Below are positions 26,468 to 37,400 of a stretch of 64,000 bases of DNA, in pieces. Positions within the stretch are counted from its first letter, which is position 1; every line of letters begins with the position of its first letter. Under the pieces are notes generated by a model, which was not told the origin of the DNA, did no database searches, and saw only the letters and a list, made by a program, of their open reading frames with translations. Where the stretch lies: NCBI RefSeq assembly GCF_000143415.4, contig NW_003314312.1, forward strand, positions 1,234,915-1,298,914, read 5' to 3'. A program made the translations under genes and the position numbers. The DNA comes from Selaginella moellendorffii (Eukaryota > Plantae > Lycopodiophyta).

Positions 26468-28068
26468 CTGTTCAAAAATGCACAACAATTAGAGCTAACA
26501 GATGAAAAGCTAGCAGCTGGAAATAACGTGAGGCCACACGCCATTCACCACTGCATCAGATGTCTTGAGGCTGCATCCTAAGATGGCGTGAGGCTACACG
26601 CCATCTGTAACCGGACTGCACTCGAGAGCCCAATCGGTGCATGCCAATGTTGCTACTGAATGGCATGTGGCCTCATGCCATTTTCTACTTCGTCTAAAAG
26701 ACTTACCATTTGAAGCCGAATGGAGGCCGTGACAATCGAGGCCGGACTCGCTGGCGAATGTGCACTGTGTGTGCAGCGGATCGTAGCAGCAAGGCTACTC
26801 TGCCACTTACAGTTGGAGAGTGGTGCTGAAATCTCCCGGGACGCCAAGTGGGCTGCGTGTGGGTGGTGGAGTGGGCGGCGGAGTTGGCGGCGAAGTTACA
26901 AACTGGGTGTGTCTTGAAATGGACGCCGATGCACACGAGCGCGATGCGAGCGCGAGTGTGATGCAAGCGCGAGTGGACGCCAATGCACACGAGAAACCTG
27001 TAGAGAAGTGAGCGTGATCGCGAGTGGGAGCGCGATGCGAGCGGGAGCGCGAGTGTGATGCGAGCGCGAGCGCGAGTGTGCGAGCGCGAGTACAAAGCAA
27101 AATGCAAAACCTAACCTCACACGCGCGAAATGTCACAACGGTTGGTAATCCCGCCACGTCATCATTCCTCGGACTTGGGCGCCACCATTAATTTCTGGAT
27201 TGCCGCGCGCATGCAAGCACGCAAAATCCAAAAGAAATCCGCAACGTCATCATTCCTCGGACTGCATGCACGCGAAATCCAAAAGAAAGATCATGATTGG
27301 GATATCATTTAATACCCTCGCTATATTTATACCATGCATGATTGGATATTCCAAAGCATCTTGTATTTCCAAAAATGGCAGATGTTCAGCTAAATAAAGA
27401 AATTCTATCTGTTTCTATTTTTCTCTCAAATCAATATTATAGCGTGTGGGCTCATGCAATTTTGAACCAAAGAAACCCAAAAAACGTTGGACCCAAAATA
27501 TTTTGAAAAAACCCAAAAAACCCTAAACATTTTAAACCCAAAAATCCAGGCGTCCTGTGGCGTTATTCCTTGAATGGCGTGTGGGCGCATGCCATTTTCA
27601 GGGGCACATAGGAGTATATTCCTAGGATATTCTGACACGCGCGAGATTTTTTTGAGTTTTCTGGAGATCCAACCGTTAGATCGCAACTAGATTTTACAGA
27701 ATGGTATACAATGTCTTTCTTGATGACCCTGCAAAGAAGCATCTCAATCGGACACCACATGAGACCACACGAGCCTTACAATGTTTCAGGGGCATTTGCC
27801 ATAGATCCGACCGTTATTTTGCTCCAAGATTTCACAGTTTGGTGTGCATTGACCTTTCCATCGAAACTGCAAAGGGACATCACAATCAGATGCGGGATCA
27901 CAAGAAACTAACTTCACTAACTCTGGTTTCACCAAGATCTACGTAAGGAGTTATGAAATGAAAGGACCCTCTCTATTGAAATGTGTTTATGGTCCTAGGG
28001 GCATTGTGACATATCAAAGGATTTTGCATCAAGTTCTGTATTTGCATGTTTATCAAGCTACTGAATTG

Positions 28069-28102
28069 CTAAACCCTAAACCCTAAACCCTAAACCCTAA
28101 AC
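28069..28102 (+). repeat. Interstitial plant telomeric repeat (CCCTAAA) x ~4.8
   Basis: ctaaa-ccctaaa-ccctaaa-ccctaaa-ccctaaa-c. Confidence 0.9.
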
Positions 28103-29622
28103 ATGTGGCAAATGCTGCGTGAAGAAAGATGCCATTTCTGGGCAAATGCTGTAAGAGGCAGATGCCGAGCAGATGTATCTCAGGCTAGCGAAGGGGACGA
28201 ACGAAAGCTAGCTATAAACATGACGGGATGCAAATAGATTACTAGGCTGGTCCTACGAAAATCAAAAACCATAATTGAAAACATTGAAAATGCAAAAAGA
28301 AAGGTTTATAATATTTTTGAATTTTAGGCAACCAAAGGAATGTAAGTAGGGCATGTGTTTGTAAGTTTAAAAATGCCTCAACCACTTAAATTCCCAAGTA
28401 AATAAAGCTGTTTCTATTTTTGGTACAGGTAAACTTTATAGCGTGTGGGCTCATGCAATTTTGAACCCAAAAATGCACCAAAAAATGCTCGACTAGCATT
28501 ATTCTTTGAATGGCGTGTGGCCTTATGTCGAGCATTATTCTTTGAATGGCGTGTGGCCTTATATTGCCATAAATGGACGTACACACACAGCGTAATTATT
28601 CCTTTACACGGCGAATAATCTTGGCGCGGATCGCTGACATGGCATGGCAAAGTTCGAATCACTGACATGGCACAGCTGGATCGAGGCAAGGACATGATGT
28701 GACAAAGTTCAACCTCCGACAGCAAAGTCTAGAAGCTACTCAGTTTGAAATTTGTCAGAGGAATCATAAGATCTGGTTTGTCAGAGGATTTGATGTGACG
28801 TTCAAGCGTGTGTTATTTTTGAATTCTCGAACTCATTCCTAGGTCTATCATTTTTGTGCGCCGTGTTCTTGGTTCCGCTGAGCGCAGTGAGCGCTGCTTG
28901 TGTAAGCGGCGTTGTGGGCTGTGGTTTATGCGTCTACGAGCGGTTGCGGCATTGCGAGCGCCATTGCGAGCGGCAGTTTATGCGAGTGGCAGTTTGTGCG
29001 AGCGGCGCTACGAGCAGTTGCGGTGTTGCGAGCGGCGCTACGAGTAGTTGCGGTGTTGCGAGCGGCACTGTCTTTGGTGTGGCTACCGCTTCCTCTTGAT
29101 ATTCGGCACTTGTGCTTCCTGGTATGTTCACCATGGAATGGCTTAGGACCACATTTAGAAATGGCATGAGGCCACATGCCATCTTGGGCCCTTGCAATTT
29201 CATGGCTAGCGTATTGTCATGTATGTTTTTACTTGCCTGCAGCTGTGTGTATATCAAGATGGCATGAGGCCTCATGCCATCTTTGGCCCCTGCTAGCCTA
29301 TTGCCATATTCCTTTGCCTTGCTGCAATTGTATATATTTTTGTATGGGTGACTAGTCACGCACACAAAAATATATACAGTTGCAGCAAGGCAAAAGGANN
29401 NNNNNNNNNNNNNNNNNNNNNNNNNNNNNNNNNNNNNNNNNNNNNNNNNNNNNNNNNNNNNNNNNNNNNNNNNNNNNNNNNNNNNNNNNNNNNNNNNNNN
29501 NNNNNNNNNNNNNNNNNNNNNNNNNNNNNNNNNNNNNNNNNNNNNNNNNNNNNNNNNNNNNNNNNNNNNNNNNNNNNNNNNNNNNNNNNNNNNNNNNNNN
29601 NNNNNNNNNNNNNNNNNNNNNN

Positions 29623-31701
29623 TATGGAGAGGCAATCTTCAAGAGGTTTGTCGAGACATGTAGCGAGCAGCAACCACATAAAACCCGCCTCTTGGAAGAT
29701 GGAACACGAGACACCCAACGAGTTCTCCCTTCCATGTATACCAAGGGGGCCATATTGGAAGATGTGAATCGGGAACTCCAGAGTAATGGCTACAGGAAGC
29801 TGAGCCAATCTAGATTTAGTAGATTGTGGAGCAACAGGTTCAGGGATGTGAGTATAGGAAAGTACTCCAGCTTTTCAAAGTGTGACGAGTGCACTGCTAT
29901 CAAAATGGCTTTGTCGAAGAATTCTTGCAGCGCTCAAGAGCGAGAGACGTTGGTTAGAAGGCGGCTCGACCACAACATCGAGCAGAGAAGCTGCAGGACT
30001 GCATATTATCATAACAGGATTCTCTCCATGGAGAGACCTGACTCTTACCTCTGCATCATCCACGACAAAATGGACCAGAAAAAGACGTGCTTACCTCGAC
30101 TCAATCCTGCCCCCAAGGCAATCTCTTCATCCATGCAGCTGCCTGTGTCTCTGTTTGGCATAATCGCTCATGGGCATGGTGCCCAGAACTATGGGAACTT
30201 CTTTGTACCTCTATGGGGTGGCGGGGGTGCAAACATGATGATTGCGTCCCTAGCAAAACACTTAAGGTCTCTGCAAAGTGCGCAGACTGAGCTGAACGGC
30301 CAACCCTTGCATAAGGCCCTTGTCGATCGAACCCCATACAGGGTTCAGCTGGAGGAGGAGCAAAGGCTTGCAGTATCGCGTGGGGCCCCATGCCATCCCA
30401 GTGAATATGTTGGCCGTCAGATTGTAGGGTTATCACGTGAGGCCTCATGCCATTCCGACGAGGCTGGTCGCCCGGTGAATGCACAGCCTCATCCAAACGA
30501 AGCAGAATCTCAAGGAAGTTCTTGCGGCCGATGTGGCCTTCCACCCCATCTTCTGCTCCAAACAGACAATGCTGGCAGTGAGAACAAAAACATGTACGTC
30601 TTCGCGTACTTGGCGATGCTTGTTGCCAAAGGCATATTTGAAACAGTTACACTTGGCTTTCTCATGGTTGGGCACACTCATGAAGACGTCGATGCCATGT
30701 TCAGTCACCTGGCAGAGTCCCTCCGGCGATCCAATGTCCTCACCCTCCCACAACTCTACGATGAATTCCAAAATTGCATCAAAGGCACTGTTGAAGCTGC
30801 ACTTCTGACAGAGGTTCCAGACTTTAAGGGGTTTGTAAGAGGCTACATCAGGGATGGATCCGAAACGCTGATTGGCCACTCCAAGCCTCTTCAGTTTCAT
30901 TTCAGCATGTGTGACGGTGCTCCAGTGATGAGGTACAAGATGAGAGAATGGGACACAGTGTGGCTGCCAGTGGACGGCATTGAACTCTTCAAGAGAGATC
31001 CCATAACTGGGGAACCTATGATTCCTCAGGGTTCCCCACGGCCGATGCACCCGGATGGACTCAAAGACCAGGAAAGTATAGTGGCCGGGATTAGACAGCA
31101 TATTGCCTTCTGGAAGAGGGGGTTGGTGTTTGGTGGAGAATCCTATTTTCAGAGGTGCAAGCCTTTGCTCGAATACTGGGAGAAGATTATATCTGCTATC
31201 CAAAATGGGCCGGTTGTATATGAAGAATTGGAAGAGTCCTTTTGGCCAGAACCCAGAGCACCAGATAGTAGCGGAACAATGTCCTCTGGAAATGCAGTGA
31301 CAGATAATGATGTTGAGGATCACTATTGTGGGCCGAGGAACAAGAAGCCGGATTCAGCATTCAATCCAGTACAGGTCTGCAAAGGAATGGTCGTGCTTGT
31401 CAGACCCAGTAATAAAAAACAAATGATATGGGTGGGGCGCTGCATCACTGATGCAGAGGAGGACGCGGAAACTAACTCCTTCAATGTAACTGTGGAGTGG
31501 TTCAAGCCAAGTTCCGGATATACGAAGGATTGCCTAGAAAAGAGATGGGTGCTGAATCCAAGGGATCCCAGCATGAGCATATCGGTGGATAATGTTGTGC
31601 ATGGTTGGATGCGGAAGCAGAGTGCCACCATCACCTTGCCAGACCATGCAAGAGATGCAGCAAGAGCATTCATAACTCGGGTTCAAGGTGAGATTCATTA
31701 A
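29623..31701 (+). CDS. Sola1-like DDD/E transposase (5' end hidden by the gap)
   Basis: Open for ~690 codons: SKCDEC, CIIHDKMDQ, LQTDNAGSENKN and GFLMVGHTHEDVDAMFS match the DN..NKN / GH...D pattern of Sola1-type transposases. It lies between the TIRs. Confidence 0.82.
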   Translation, partial: YGEAIFKRFVETCSEQQPHKTRLLEDGTRDTQRVLPSMYTKGAILEDVNRELQSNGYRKLSQSRFSRLWSNRFRDVSIGKYSSFSKCDECTAIKMALSKNSCSAQERETLVRRRLDHNIEQRSCRTAYYHNRILSMERPDSYLCIIHDKMDQKKTCLPRLNPAPKAISSSMQLPVSLFGIIAHGHGAQNYGNFFVPLWGGGGANMMIASLAKHLRSLQSAQTELNGQPLHKALVDRTPYRVQLEEEQRLAVSRGAPCHPSEYVGRQIVGLSREASCHSDEAGRPVNAQPHPNEAESQGSSCGRCGLPPHLLLQTDNAGSENKNMYVFAYLAMLVAKGIFETVTLGFLMVGHTHEDVDAMFSHLAESLRRSNVLTLPQLYDEFQNCIKGTVEAALLTEVPDFKGFVRGYIRDGSETLIGHSKPLQFHFSMCDGAPVMRYKMREWDTVWLPVDGIELFKRDPITGEPMIPQGSPRPMHPDGLKDQESIVAGIRQHIAFWKRGLVFGGESYFQRCKPLLEYWEKIISAIQNGPVVYEELEESFWPEPRAPDSSGTMSSGNAVTDNDVEDHYCGPRNKKPDSAFNPVQVCKGMVVLVRPSNKKQMIWVGRCITDAEEDAETNSFNVTVEWFKPSSGYTKDCLEKRWVLNPRDPSMSISVDNVVHGWMRKQSATITLPDHARDAARAFITRVQGEIH

Positions 31702-33339
31702 TATTCCTTTACAAAGTTTCTAATGTATTTTATTTCAAGGTGAACAATCCGAATCTGAATCAAAGGAGGCTTGATATAGTGTGTGAGGTAAAACAAAGAT
31801 GATGTGACATATGCATTTACCAATCACACGTGCATAAATCTAATAATATGGCGTGTGGCCCATATTAATGGCACATAAACCCATATTGTGGGCTTACGTG
31901 CTTTATGTACCATCATTCCCTTGCAGCGTGTGTGTTGGTTTCCTTTTATAACACAACGAACTCCATATTTTAGGGTGAAGAGCGTTCTCATGGCAAGCAC
32001 AAAATCTGTAAGTGAGGCAGAAAAGGAGACGGAGAAGGAGATAGGTGAAGATGTAGAATATATAAGTCTTCCAAACTCCCCGTACTATACTCCAAATGAT
32101 CATTTTTCTGAACAAACGGCAACATTAACAACTATCGAGAACGCCCCAGTAACGTCAGAGACAACAATCCAAAGCAAAACAACTGACCCGGAGAAGGATG
32201 ATAGTACCGCTGAGAGTACCAAAAAGGAGGTGTCCACTAGCGCTTAGGCTTATAATGGCGTGTGCCCTCATGCCATTTACTTGATCACCAAATACCTTTT
32301 TCCCTTTGCACTAGTATATCTTAATACCGGTCTGAGAAATAGAATGGCATGTGCCCTCAGGCCTTTTACTAAATCACCTTTGAAAGAAATGCAAGCCTCT
32401 ATGTCGTAAAAAAAAGGTACTAGAGAAATTCCTTAATAATATGAATGTTATTTAGTTTCATGAAAATACACTAAGGGTCAAATGAGTTAAATGACTTCTC
32501 CAGACTAGCAATGCCTCTTGCTACACCTTCACAATTAGATTCGTTAGAAAAAGATAACATTGAATAATATCTAAATGTTCTCACCATTAAGTTATATGTC
32601 TGGCTAATAGGAATGATGTTCATCTTGGAAAGCTCACCACACGCTCAATGAACAAACAAATAGTGTGTGCGCGCATGCCATCGCTCTTCTTTAGCTTCAG
32701 ATTCGGCTTGTTCACCTTGACAATGAGATTTATTATACAACTAGATGGACTCAGTCTGGACATAAGGTCACCGCGCTAGTCACCATGCCCCAGATATGTC
32801 TAGCCCCTGGACAAAAAACATATAATTTCACGCCATTTTCAAATACTTGAAAATTTGTACCTAGTCCCATTTTACTGAATAAATCCCACTTTAACGAAAT
32901 AGAGCTTTCCCCAAGATTCAATGCCTGGCTGCCCCCAATTTATGCCCACTGATTTGTTCCAATTAATTGTTGCGCTAGCCGCGAGGTTGAAAGTCTCCAA
33001 TGCCTTCTTAGCTGCATCCAGGTTCTCCTTAGTTGCGAGTAGAAACAAGGCAGTGTCGTCTGCAAGTGCTCCATCAAGGAGTTCTTGAGTCACCCTTGTG
33101 GTTCCCGGAAGTTGCTATCTTACAGCTGGTAGGGTGAGTCCTTTAATGTGCCCACCTTCCGCTAGAAATGTGCCCAGGGCCTCAGCCACAATCAGAAAAA
33201 GATAGGGTGCTAGTGGACACCCTTGGCGTACCGAACGTCCCAGCTGAAAACTCATTCCCGTGTAAGGAACCAACTCGCCGAGGTGTCGTAGGCTAAAGGA
33301 ACCCCGAAAGCATGACCAAAATGACAAAGAGTTCATCGG

Positions 33340-33615
33340 ATGGGACCAAGTCGAAGATCGAGTCCAAGACCGACTCTAGGACCGAGTTCGAGATAGAGTC
33401 CGGAATCGAGTCCAAGACTGACTCGGGGACCGAGTTCGAGTCCGAGTTCGAGACCGAGTTCGAGACGGAGTCCGAGATCCGAAATCGGGTCCGAGACCGA
33501 GTCCAAGGTCGAGTCCGAGGTCGGGTCCGAGATCAGGTCCAAGATTGAGTCCGAGATCGAGTCCGAGACCGAATCCGAAATCGGGTCCGAGATCAAGCCA
33601 GAGACTAAGTCCAAA
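33340..33615 (+). repeat. Degenerate hexamer array (GAGTCC/GAGACC/GAGATC) in the Gypsy B LTR; also at 39715-40000, 54500-54720 and 60500-60760
   Basis: Visible 6-bp periodicity; copy number differs between LTRs. Confidence 0.85.
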
Positions 33616-34457
33616 TACTAATATGGGTCAAGGGGTGAAAGCCCAAAGCGTGCGTCTCCCAGGGGGGGGGGGGGCTGCAGGGGGTTCCAAAAGTATAGTA
33701 GGGATAGTGAGGTCCAGGAACCAGTTTTGAAGGGACTCTCCAGTGGGGCTTCTAAACTGACTTGAGGTTGAGACTGGGACCGACGGGCCTTGGGTGGGAG
33801 TGAGCACGGACTTGGTTGGTGCCGGAGGGGCCATCCAAGGAAGTGCTCAAGAGCAGCTCCCACTCCCGAAAGGGAAACTGATTGCGGTGCTCCCGGCTCA
33901 TGTGGAGTGGTGCCCCACTTGAGTACCATGCGGCTCATTGGTCCTCGCCCTGCCTAGGGGCTTGGGCCTTCCTTCGGGATGGAAGTGGGGGGGTAGAGGT
34001 ACCCATACCGGGCCGCTAGGCCACGGTGTTTCGCCCCGGTGCCCCGAAGCAAGTGTTGCACTCAAGACTTGGGATTTAGAGGGTCCCATGATCAAGTCTT
34101 GTGGTACCAAGGGATATTAGGAACCTGGAAGCTTGGTGTGCTTGGCTGCTTGTGCTTGCGGGGAGTGTAGCCGAACCTTAAGTCCAGTCTAACCCGAGGA
34201 GGGGGATTGGGGGTGATTTGGGAATCCGTGGATGGATGGCTAACACTCCGTTGCTCGTGCAGTGAGTAGCTGAGACCAAGTAGAAGCTGGTACCATAGGC
34301 AAGAACCTTGGCAAGGGAACTTAGCAAAAGCCAAGGCAATGTTGGACGGATAGACGAGGTAAGCTAGCAAATTGGAAAGGAAAAATTTATGGCTTACAAT
34401 TTGGTATCGGAGCCTTTTCCTCAGTTCTAGCGAAGGATAGAGGCGGATTGTTGGGAG

Positions 34458-37400
34458 ATGGCAAGGGCAGGGCGTAAGCGAACCCAGGCGGAGACGGAAC
34501 CTCCGCCGGAGCTGGAGCCTCCGGTCGAACAAGAGGCTATGGATGAGGAATCCTTGCATGAGGAGGACTCCAGTGAGGAAACTTCCAAACAGGAGTCCGG
34601 TGGCGAGGTTCGGTCGTCCAAGGCTCGATTGGACGTGCTAGAAGGACAATTGGCACCGACCAATGCCCTGCTAGAGACTGTCGTACACAAGTTAAAGCAT
34701 GACGAGAAGCGGAAGAAAAAGTGAAAGACTGCGGATGCTGGCAGCGCAGAAGGTGCGGACCCTTTGGCAGGGACTGAGGCAAAACCAGACAAGGTCGAAC
34801 AGACCGAAGTGGAATCAGTCCCTCAGGCAGTTCCCAAGTACAAACCAAAGCCCCCACTGGTGTTCAAGGGAGTGAACGACTATAAAGTTGTGGAGGATTG
34901 GTTTTACGATATGGAGGACTACTTCCGAGCGTTGCGATTACCGAGCTCGGAGAAGGTCCCATGTGCAAAACCATACTTGGCAGATAATGCCAAGTCTTGG
35001 TGGAGAACAACGGAGGCCAACGAAGGACCGGTGGCCACCTGGGACATGATGAAGGCGAGGATCCGCACAACATACGTTCCTCCGAATGCCACTCTGCATC
35101 TGAGAGATGAGCTAAGTAGGCTGAAGCAGACTGGAACCATCCAGGAATATGTGAATGGGTTCATGGCAAAGAGGATACTTGTCACGGACATGGGGGATAT
35201 GGATGCGTTCCATGCCTTTATATCAGGTTTGCAAACCTGGGCTCGCGGTGAAGTGATGCGCTGGAACCCGACCAACTACAAGGAAGCGTTGGATGCGGCC
35301 ATCAAGGTGCATTTCAACGATAACCTGCGAAAGGGGAACACGACGGGGTCGGGATCCACGTTTAGCAAAGGGGCTAAACCAAGGGGAACGTATAGCAGAG
35401 GGAAATTCAAGAAGAGTTTCTCTAAGAATGAGTCCTCGGGGTTCCGAAAAGGCAAATCTGGTGGCCAGCGAGCGAGTACGTGGGGAAGTCAAGCAAAAAG
35501 AGACAAACCCACGGATAAAAAGGTCAAGTCATATAGCAGCGTGGGAAACAACGTATGCTATAACTGCGGTGAAGCGGGACACTTCTCGAGGGAATGTCCC
35601 TACCCGAAGAAGGCCAGAGCCAATATGGCCATCAAATCGGGTGAAGTCCAAACTGAGGTATGTGATCCAGTCCTTAACTCAAAGTTGCTCATTACACAAG
35701 CAACTTTGGTAGAGAGTCGTTCGCGACATCTACTAGCCCTCCGAGGGAAGCTCGGAGGTAGCTTTGTTAAGATCCTTATTGACACGGGTGTTTCGGATAA
35801 TTTTGTGGCTGCAGACATAGTCCGGCAAGCCGGACTAACGGTGCAGCGGCTAGGCGAACCAAAGACTATAGAGTTTGTTCAAGGTAGCCAAAGCACCGAT
35901 GAGGTACTTTGACAAGCGAGAGTCGAAGTAGGGACATGGAAAGTAGACATGGATTTCACCATGTTGGATATGGCGGGATTTGACGTGATCTTCGGAATGG
36001 ATTGGTTCAATCAGTTCGTGGTAGCCCTACATGGACAAGGTAGGAACCTTGTGGTACTGGTGAATGCCTAAGGAAGAAGATCTAGGGTGGAGGCCCAGGA
36101 TCTAAAGGTAGGGCAATGCAAGGCCAAAGAATCCTGCTTAAACCTGGTGTCCACGAGAGGACAACTCACTAAAGGAACTAAGGCAGCCTTTTTGTGCTTA
36201 CTCTCGGTGAAGAGTGACAAAAAGATAGGAACGGAAGAAGTACCTTTAGTGATCCAGCAGGTGTTGGACCAATTCCAGGATACCATGCCAGAGGAGCTAC
36301 CGGCGGGGTTGCCCCCCGCATGACCAATAGAACATAAGATTGAGCTGGTCGAGGGTGCTGAGGCGGTGGTTCGTCCACCCTATCGTTTGAATGAAAAAGA
36401 ACTTGTGGAGCTCAAACGCCAACTAGAGGAGTTGGTGGACAAAGGGTATGTTAGGTTGAGCAAATCGCCGTATAGGGCACCGGTGCTATTTGTGAAAAAG
36501 AAAGATGGGTCTATATGCATGTGCATAGACTACCGATTGCTCAACAAGTATACAAAGAAGAACAAGTACCCTTTGCCAAGGATTGAGGACCTGTTCGATA
36601 GGTTGGGAAAGGCAAAATACTTCTCGAGAATTGACCTAAGTTCAGGATACTACCAGATCAGGGTAGCAGAGGAAGATGTCGAGAAGACAACCTATCGAAC
36701 GAGGTATGGGAGCTTTGAGTTTCTGGTGATGCCCTTCGGACTATGCAATGCGCCGGCAACGTTTTCGGCGTTGATGAACCATATCTTTGTACCCTATCTG
36801 GATCACTTTGTGGTCGTCTATATTGACGACATCCTGATCTATAGCGAAACACTAGAGGAGCATGCCAAACACTTGACGAAGGTGTTTGAGAAACTAAGGG
36901 AACACCAGCTGTATGCTAAAGAGAGCAAATGTGACTTTGCTCAACAAGAGGTAAAGTTTCTCGGGCATGTGGTGGGCAAGGATGGGCTCAAGGTGGACCC
37001 TGAGAAGGTCTAAGCGATCCAGGATTGGGAGCGACCATCGAATGTACATGAGTTAAGGGCATTCTTGGGGCTATGCAACTACTATCGAAAGTTTATCAGA
37101 CACTATTCGAGAGTAGCCCTGCCCTTAACGGACCAAACGGGAAAAGGGAAGATGGTATGGACAGCGGAATGCGAGGCGGCATTCATCCACCTCAAAGGGA
37201 AGTTGAGGAAGGCCCCCGTGTTGGCATTACCAGACTTTGGTAAGGACTTTGAGGTAGAAACAGATGCTTCAGACTTTGCGTTGGGCGCAGTTTTGAAGCA
37301 GGACAACCATCCAGTAGCATTCTTCTCGAAGAAGTTGGACAAGGCTCAACGGAAGTGGCCTGCCCATGAGAAGGAATTGTTTGCAGTGGTCAAGGCGCTC

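Larger units (their letters stand above)
21063..32681. repeat. Dispersed 22-bp palindrome family ATGGCRTGWGGCCWCAYGCCAT (~23 copies)
   Basis: Copies start at 21063, 22140, 22215, 23442, 23633, 23774, 25246, 26523, 26583, 26660, 27439, 27574, 28438, 28510, 28546, 29161, 29259, 30375, 30432, 31848, 32255, 32344 and 32660. Some are partial; a perfect 28-bp palindrome lies at 29256-29283. Confidence 0.9.
20693..32902 (+). mobile_element. Sola1-like cut-and-paste DNA transposon (12.2 kb) with cargo gene
   Basis: 19-bp TIR CTATTTCGTTAAAGTGGGA at 20693-20711 and 32884-32902, with AGCT on both sides (20689-20692, 32903-32906; 4-bp TSD is the simplest reading). Removing it restores the LINE ORF2. It encodes a DDD-type transposase. 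Confidence 0.88.

Noticed and set aside
30445-31323. 292-aa minus-strand ORF and similar antisense ORFs
   Set aside because: Shadows of real coding sequence on the opposite strand; no recognisable motifs.
31888-32247. 119-aa ORF in the right arm of the Sola-like element
   Set aside because: Low complexity with no domain; it could be an exon but is unsupported.
21063-32681. Palindrome copies as a CRISPR-like array
   Set aside because: Spacing is irregular (tens of bp to over 1 kb), copies lie within exons and introns, there are no cas genes, and the context is eukaryotic.
33312-33614. ORFs of ESE/RVRD/DSIS repeats (also 39684-39998, 54490-54835, 60345-60726)
   Set aside because: Translations of the LTR hexamer array, not genes.
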